Below are positions 30,001 to 35,107 of a stretch of DNA of 43,527 bases, one piece after another. Under the pieces are notes generated by a model. The model was not told the DNA's origin and ran no database searches. It worked only from the letters and a program-made list of their open reading frames with translations. Source of the DNA: Planctomycetota bacterium (GTDB lineage Bacteria > Planctomycetota > Planctomycetia > Pirellulales > UBA1268); NCBI GenBank assembly GCA_003670865.1, contig QWQJ01000035.1:1-43527 (forward strand). The letters run 5' to 3'. Made by a program: the position numbers and the translations under genes. Each line of letters opens with the position of its first letter. Position 1 is the first letter of the stretch.

Positions 30001-30495
30001 GGGAGTGTCTTTTCAAGTTGGCGCGAGCCCGGCCGCGTGAATGTAAATACTTTTCCGGTCGATAACGCAGAACCAGCTGCGGATGCTCCAGGTATATGGG
30101 CAGCATTATCGGGCGGAACAAATCCTGCCAATCCATTTGTGGGCGGTGCTGCAGCGATGAGCATCAGGGAAATGCTCTCGCTCAAGAATCCCAACGCACC
30201 GGTCTACTCGAAGGATTATAAGGCGGGTGATCCCAAAGACAACAACCCATTTTTAGACAACAACCCATTTTTGTCGATGGCGCTGCCGGTTCGCCTGGCG
30301 AACGTGGGCACCATTCGTTCGCAGGTCTTTGCTGTTTGGATCACGGTTAAGGTTACGGACGATTCTGCTAATGCACCTTCACCAACAACAAAACGTTTGT
30401 TTGCGATTGTGGACCGTTCGATTCCAGTCGGCTACTCGCCGTCAGAGAACCTTAATGTTAGCGACTGCATACGGTTAAAAAGAGTGCTCGACTAA
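27001..30495 (+). CDS. Giant GspK-like minor pseudopilin (1164 aa)
   Basis: Hydrophobic pilin-like N-terminus without Glu5 (RSG|MLLLIVLMMLSLFMV), as in GspK. AYDAFDDSNKW, VVDNDGDGIVDGGW and ILDLDGRININA resemble the GspK D-x-D region and the G(K/R)xNxN hallmark. YTLSELERVLR resembles the GspK SELxxV segment. Alternative starts at 27025 and 27046. Confidence 0.6.
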   Translation: MWARQSVSMRGEDFAMKNSLRLRSRHRCDVSCNRCCSDADRSGMLLLIVLMMLSLFMVTGIAMLTMATRARSVARANLVARSKLSGTEEIARTALDEALLAALRGTKVGANDPITESILADKYGDPIIGKGSIKAPTSAVPSTTHFMASLSDLLPAQTAPSRLNGRVLTFIPAGDDGDVASYRILLAAKNPAVATDIICLLRKTAVSRAQTAPKLQSDIIINGREYTPLAAGAAGVSPEAYDAFDDSNKWLAQLTVAKGQVSAVPRTSFGGNAVVDNDGDGIVDGGWLANVIPAATSPLGGTLTFQVSYHILDLDGRININAQGPAEPPNQNDYANTPPVPLGMGYGPADMDLSQLLSSGPASTLIGGGQPSVNCADPTADQRRSPPAVGPVEGRYGPNGKPGGSGDDTPSYASMIAGNSSGDLKARVKVFMTAPAANQVTATLTMYQPDWITNLDQTDNPYQLRLDAGAPRFSTPRRPLPDDSSKQDDSPYTLSELERVLRSFDADATQLPQRLAAILEILGDRNRTMITTDSWDTPALTGVAARKIEDFIATLPEEKVYDNTTLPPELVTGLRFDIGKPLITTGITSPGAVSSTTFAKQLYQVLIALGETNHAKAAQWAVNVADFRDTDSRMTRFQYDTDLSNGWSVGTASPGVFGVERPEIIITETAAWRDTETNQAQLFVSLHRPAWKAVLTGLAGKTPTPAETELIDPVLETAGALDLAKTHNNNNTGSPIWQLRFDTNKVVRFQKDSQNVSPAGAVTTTNPTPLVGMTSSTAIATTPSTKLAANGYLCVHSPTPTKYTLAMPGFPVDKGGSFQLPVSSAVGTVYLERLANPASAWNVTSNPYIVVDSATVSIPNTGAQEALAKQRRKGPADTVAAADIATRLQSFWRREWVSDVSTTLGAYTAATPAQPASWLHWPNRPFVSQAELALVSASSPENFLNNYTFPPDSLASAQNNLILDAVCVPSRFCQHSTTLVETSWSTTLQNLTWAYPECKAGSVFSSWREPGRVNVNTFPVDNAEPAADAPGIWAALSGGTNPANPFVGGAAAMSIREMLSLKNPNAPVYSKDYKAGDPKDNNPFLDNNPFLSMALPVRLANVGTIRSQVFAVWITVKVTDDSANAPSPTTKRLFAIVDRSIPVGYSPSENLNVSDCIRLKRVLD
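30238..30273 (+). repeat. 18-bp tandem duplication (17/18 identical) inside the GspK-like gene
   Basis: GACAACAACCCATTTTTA / GACAACAACCCATTTTTG, encoding DNNPFL-DNNPFL. Confidence 0.9.
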
Positions 30496-30533
30496 GTATC
30501 TCGGTGGACTAACTCCATGGTGGTGTTCGCATA

Positions 30534-31901
30534 ATGAATGGCTTTTACTCAAACGATGCTTCGCAGCGTGATGCGACGCACTCTTATGGTGTACGACAGG
30601 ACTGTTGCGGCAGGCCCGGGTTCACGCTTATCGAGCTACTTGTGAGTGCGGCGATTGCGATGAGTGTCATGGGAGTTGTGGCCAGTCTTTTTGCGCTCTT
30701 TGGACGGTCGGCAGCAAACGGTCAATCGATTGTTGATATGTCTGGACGCATGCGGACGGCTGCCGACAAGCTCTCTCAAGATCTCAAGGGGTTGACGGTG
30801 CGGCTGCTGCCCCCAGCAAATCCGGAGAGTGCCACTGGTTACTTTGAACTGATTGAAGGCCCAGTCAACGATGCCAAATCCTCGCAAGGCGATTGTGACG
30901 ATACGCTGCTGTTTACGACGCGATCAACAACTCGCCCCTTTGTCGGCCGTTATAAGAGCTCTCAGCTTGAATATAAGAGCTCTCAGCTTGAATCGCCGGT
31001 GGCTGAGGTGGCTTGGTTTTCCAAAGCCTCGCCGACCCAGGTGGTGAGCGGTCTGACGCTCTACACGATCTATCGCCGACAATTACTGGTAACGGCATAT
31101 GTCGGCGCAGAGCCTTTTTTTGTCAAAGGTCGCGATACAAATAACCAGATCGTTGGCGTCCTTCCGGCTGCCTACAACAATTATGACCTTTCGCTGCGGG
31201 TAGACCCTGTTACATCGGCACTTGTGCCAAACTCATTGGCCGACCTTACGCTAAGAGAAAATCGCTTTTGTCATTCTGGAGTACCGCCTGTTTTTTCTTC
31301 AATTTCATCTTCATCTGTCTTTGACTCCACCAGTGGTCGCGAGGGGGAAGACGTTGTGCTCACAAATGTCCTTGCATTTGACATTCGCGTGTTTGATCCA
31401 AAGGCCCCAACAAGAGTCAGCAGTGTAACCACACCCGCCTCCGGATCGACTCCAAGCACAACGGTCATCAATACGGTGATCTACCCGACAGACCCGGGTT
31501 GGGAAGCTGGAACTGTGGCCGCTGCGCCAGCGCCCAGTATCGTAGGTGGCTTTGTTGATCTCGGAACTGGCAGCGGTACCACGCAGGGGTCTGCGACCAA
31601 CACGACTCAGACCAGCGTACTGACTTCTCCCAGTAGCAACGCGCCGTTCGTGACAACCTACGACACATGGAGCACGCATTACGAATCCAACGGCATCGAC
31701 GAGGATGGCGATGGCATCGTTGACCGAGGCACCAACGGAGTCGATGACAACGGCGATCTTGCTCCGGACGATCCAAGTGAAGCTGAATACCCGCCCCCCT
31801 ATGCGGTGCCGCTGCGGGGCATAGAAGTTCGCATTCGCTGTTATGACCCCAGCAGCAAACTCGTTCGACAGGTCACTGTTCGCCAAATATTTTCGCGATA
31901 A
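30534..31901 (+). CDS. GspJ/PilW-like minor pseudopilin
   Basis: GRPG|FTLIELLVSAAIAMSVMGVVASLF after a 29-aa leader. C-terminal NGIDEDGDGIVDRGTNGVDDNGD Asp-rich segment. Terminal strands RGIEVRIRCYDPSSKLVRQVTV. Confidence 0.6.
   Translation: MNGFYSNDASQRDATHSYGVRQDCCGRPGFTLIELLVSAAIAMSVMGVVASLFALFGRSAANGQSIVDMSGRMRTAADKLSQDLKGLTVRLLPPANPESATGYFELIEGPVNDAKSSQGDCDDTLLFTTRSTTRPFVGRYKSSQLEYKSSQLESPVAEVAWFSKASPTQVVSGLTLYTIYRRQLLVTAYVGAEPFFVKGRDTNNQIVGVLPAAYNNYDLSLRVDPVTSALVPNSLADLTLRENRFCHSGVPPVFSSISSSSVFDSTSGREGEDVVLTNVLAFDIRVFDPKAPTRVSSVTTPASGSTPSTTVINTVIYPTDPGWEAGTVAAAPAPSIVGGFVDLGTGSGTTQGSATNTTQTSVLTSPSSNAPFVTTYDTWSTHYESNGIDEDGDGIVDRGTNGVDDNGDLAPDDPSEAEYPPPYAVPLRGIEVRIRCYDPSSKLVRQVTVRQIFSR
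30951..30992 (+). repeat. Perfect 21-bp tandem duplication inside the GspJ-like gene
   Basis: TATAAGAGCTCTCAGCTTGAA x2, in frame, encoding YKSSQLE-YKSSQLE. Confidence 0.95.
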
Positions 31902-31955
31902 CAATCACATTCGTCCGTATCAATTCACCGACACCATTTTTTGTGGAGATTTAGT

Positions 31956-33017
31956 ATGCACGCTACCCGCATCCCCGTTCGACGAGGCTTTACGCTTGTG
32001 GAACTCCTTGTTGTGATTGCCATTATCGGCCTCCTGATGGGGCTCTTACTGCCGGCGGTGCAAAATGCCCGCGAGGCGGCCAGGCGGCTCGCCTGCTCAA
32101 ACAATTTGTATCAATTGGCCTTTGCCAGTACGCGGCACTCTGAGTCCAATGGCTTTATACCTGGCTGGCGAAATAAAGCTGCGGGAAACGGCATCACCTT
32201 TGGCTGGCCTGTCTCGCTACTGCCATTCGTGGAGCGGCGAGACCTAGCCACTGCGATCACAGGCACGACCACAAGTTCTGCGTATGTCGATGCGGCGAAG
32301 TCGTACGTTAGTTTATTTGTCTGCCCATCGAGTCCACCAAGCAATCAGTCAGATGCATGGCTTAGCTACGGTGGCAATGCGGGCTACGGAACGACGGTCG
32401 CGGTGACTTCCTCGCCAGGTGCTGATGGCAAAGGCAGTGGCACAATGATCGATTACTCACTATCAGGCAATCAGACAAATAGAATCGACGTAGAGTATGT
32501 CTCTAATGGCGATGGTACGGCCAATACGGCGTTACTCAGCGAAAAGTGTGGTAAGTTTGTGGGCATCACTGGGCCGAAGTGGTCGGCTTCGATCAGTGGT
32601 GCGTCAGCAAATCCAATTGGAAAATGGCCATCGGGTAATCCACAGCCCCCGCCGGTTGTCCAGGCCGACGTAAATCCTGCGGTCATCGCACAACTCCCTG
32701 TGTTTCTCTTTACAGGCACCGGTACTTCGCCGAGTTTTAGTGCGTCGCTGCCCACGGGCGTCAGCGGTACGAGCAACATCGATTTTCCTGCCGCTGGCAC
32801 GACGGCGGCTTACACAGACAATCGGTTTCCAAGTTCCAATCACTCCGGCGGCGTCAGTATTGCTTTCTGTGATGGGCATGTGCTGTTTATTCGGAGCACC
32901 ATTGATATCGGCACGTACACCCAAATCATGACATCCAACGCAAAAGAGTCGATCACATGGAATAGTGGAACAGGTCAAGACAATGTCGGCATTTACGACG
33001 AGGGAAAATTGCAGTAA
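31956..33017 (+). CDS. DUF1559 / prepilin-type H-X9-DG protein
   Basis: VRRG|[40 protein letters not shown] is the classic DUF1559 N-terminus. [12 protein letters not shown] is an exact H-X9-DG. ATG at 31956 with GGAG 7 nt upstream (the track start at 31941 is a TTG). Confidence 0.8.
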   Translation: MHATRIPVRRGFTLVELLVVIAIIGLLMGLLLPAVQNAREAARRLACSNNLYQLAFASTRHSESNGFIPGWRNKAAGNGITFGWPVSLLPFVERRDLATAITGTTTSSAYVDAAKSYVSLFVCPSSPPSNQSDAWLSYGGNAGYGTTVAVTSSPGADGKGSGTMIDYSLSGNQTNRIDVEYVSNGDGTANTALLSEKCGKFVGITGPKWSASISGASANPIGKWPSGNPQPPPVVQADVNPAVIAQLPVFLFTGTGTSPSFSASLPTGVSGTSNIDFPAAGTTAAYTDNRFPSSNHSGGVSIAFCDGHVLFIRSTIDIGTYTQIMTSNAKESITWNSGTGQDNVGIYDEGKLQ

Positions 33018-33074
33018 CGCAGAAAAGAGTCCGGCCCCTTTTTCACACATAGACGTGGATGGCTCAGGCTGTTA

Positions 33075-33097
33075 TCCTCTCGGGCTATCTGAGAGGA
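33075..33097 (+). promoter_or_regulatory. Possible SD-sequestering hairpin before the PA14-DUF1559 gene
   Basis: TCCTCTC-gggctatct-GAGAGGA. The 3' arm is the only SD-like sequence, 7 nt before the ATG at 33105. Confidence 0.25.
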
Positions 33098-33104
33098 CAT
33101 TCTC

Positions 33105-34304
33105 ATGACTTATAACCTTCGATATCTACTGAGGCAAAAAGCCCATAGGAATCGGCCTGCACCACAGGCTCTCAAGGGTTATCCGCCGGCGTTTACGCTT
33201 GTGGAGGTGCTCATCGTTCTTGCCATCATCGGGATTCTAATTGCGATTTTGTCCTCCGCTCTTTTGCAGGCCAAGGCGTCGAGTCAAACTGCTACGTGTG
33301 CCAATAATCTACGACATGTTGGTATCGCTTTCCAGCGATACCAACATGCATTCGGAGGTAAAGTGCCCGATGCCAGCACCGTCCTCGATGCGACTGAAAA
33401 GGGTTTGGGAGCGTATCTCGATGTCTCTCGGGATCAGCGATCTGCAGCCTATATATGCCCGACAGTGTTGTCGCAGGTCACCATTGCTGGGAATAATCAA
33501 TTTAATAATTCTTACGGCGTCAATCCCTGTGTCGGTCGGTTGCTTGCCGAGTCGGCCAAAGTCGTGGCGCTCGATGCGAATGCCGACTTAGTTGACTACG
33601 AGGGAACCAATAAAGAACTCTGGCAATCTGATGTTGATCCTCGTCACTTTGGCAGCATGAATGTCTTGTTTTGTGACGGCCATGTTGATCGCCACCTTTC
33701 GGATGAACTCAATCCTTACGCCGAGGGCACTGTTCAGCAACTGCCAGTCGTTTTGGCTTATTGGAAACCGGAATTGAGTGGCTGCGACTGTCGTACGAGT
33801 GGATTTGGCCGCGGCCAAGGTCTTTTGGGGGAATATTACACAACCGATCAGTGGGCCGGTACGCCTGAGGCATCACGACTTGATCCGACACTCGAACTGC
33901 CGTTTGGAAATCCGGATTTTTATGGAGTGCCGTACGATGTGCCATTACCGGGGGCGACGACAAGCCGGTCCGCACCTCTCAAAACAGCCAAATTTCGCGG
34001 GTCTATTTTAGGCCTGACAAACGAACCCTACCAATTCCACGTTTGCTGTGACAATGAGGTTTGGGTCTATGTCAATGGTAGCCTAGTAATTTCTCGATCT
34101 GCAGGAGGAGCTGGAGGCGTGCAGCAATGGCAGGCCGGCACGACAACGGTCGACTTATCGAACAACCGCTGGATCGATTTTGAGGTTCGTTGGCGAGAAG
34201 AAGGCGTCGGCTCCCCCAGCCACCTCATGGTTCGTTGGTCTTGCCCCTCGTCGCCAGCACCAACCAAAATTCCATCGAGCCAGCTCCGTCCAGCCCGGCA
34301 GTGA
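33105..34304 (+). CDS. DUF1559 / H-X9-DG prepilin-like protein fused to a C-terminal PA14 domain
   Basis: YPPA|FTLVEVLIVLAIIGILIAIL...ATCANNLRHVG. HFGSMNVLFCDG = H-X9-DG. The C-terminal GLLGEYYTTDQWAG...FRGSILGLTNEPYQFHVCCDNEVWVYVNGSLVI...VRWREEG is PA14-like. Confidence 0.8.
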   Translation: MTYNLRYLLRQKAHRNRPAPQALKGYPPAFTLVEVLIVLAIIGILIAILSSALLQAKASSQTATCANNLRHVGIAFQRYQHAFGGKVPDASTVLDATEKGLGAYLDVSRDQRSAAYICPTVLSQVTIAGNNQFNNSYGVNPCVGRLLAESAKVVALDANADLVDYEGTNKELWQSDVDPRHFGSMNVLFCDGHVDRHLSDELNPYAEGTVQQLPVVLAYWKPELSGCDCRTSGFGRGQGLLGEYYTTDQWAGTPEASRLDPTLELPFGNPDFYGVPYDVPLPGATTSRSAPLKTAKFRGSILGLTNEPYQFHVCCDNEVWVYVNGSLVISRSAGGAGGVQQWQAGTTTVDLSNNRWIDFEVRWREEGVGSPSHLMVRWSCPSSPAPTKIPSSQLRPARQ

Positions 34305-34324
34305 CAGCTGCGGCGAAACTCTTC

Positions 34325-34945
34325 ATGCAACGGGGCCTCTTTATGAAGACATGCAGGTGTGTCAGCAATCGATTTCTGACGTCTGTTGTCGTCTCGATCC
34401 TCATCTCGGGCTGTGCAAAGCAACCCCCCTTTCCTCGCACAAGGGATGAAATTATTCAAGAAAGTTTGTCGCTGCCAGCCTTGTATCTGACCGAAAAAAC
34501 CCGACAGAGAGTCGTCGCTCCGGAGAGCGAAGGCGTGCTGATAGTCGACAAAAAGAGCGGGGAAATCGCCTGGCGGGCGCTGGTTTGCACGGCGCCCGAT
34601 TGCCCGGGAAAAGGGCCCAAAGGGGAACCCCATATCTGCAGCGAAAATGACCTAAGTTATTTCGTCAAAACGGATGGCTCATTGGGCTACGATCCAAAAC
34701 GGATGCCGCTTGATCCGACCAAAATCGGGATGTGCCAGAAGTGCAACTCCGTGAGGAACCCCGCCACTGAAACGGAGCAAAAGCGACAACAATACACCCA
34801 GTGGGTTCAAAACTATGTGCTGCCCGAGTCAATCATCCGCAAAAAACAACTCGAGGAGGAATTAAAACGGCGGGTTCAATACGAACGCCAGCATCGCATC
34901 CTTCGACCAGACTCTCAACAAAAAATGGTGATCCCTCAGCCTTAA
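34325..34945 (+). CDS. Lipoprotein with a Cys4 zinc-ribbon-like motif and a charged C-terminal helix
   Basis: Lipobox VSILISGC after MQRGLFMKTCRC...; CTAPDC...HIC...CQKC; Lys/Glu/Arg/Gln-rich tail. The alternative ATG at 34343 is also in frame. Confidence 0.6.
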   Translation: MQRGLFMKTCRCVSNRFLTSVVVSILISGCAKQPPFPRTRDEIIQESLSLPALYLTEKTRQRVVAPESEGVLIVDKKSGEIAWRALVCTAPDCPGKGPKGEPHICSENDLSYFVKTDGSLGYDPKRMPLDPTKIGMCQKCNSVRNPATETEQKRQQYTQWVQNYVLPESIIRKKQLEEELKRRVQYERQHRILRPDSQQKMVIPQP

Positions 34946-35107
34946 AAAGCGGCCTAGCGGCTGTTTGATTAGAGATCGACTGTCGGTCAGCCAGTCACCC
35001 GCAATCTGCTACCGCCACAGAGCGTCCTTCCGGAGATGGCTTTTTACGGCAGTGTCACTTTTGATATGAGAGAGGTCAGGCGATCCGGTCCGCGTGCGTA
35101 GCAGCGA

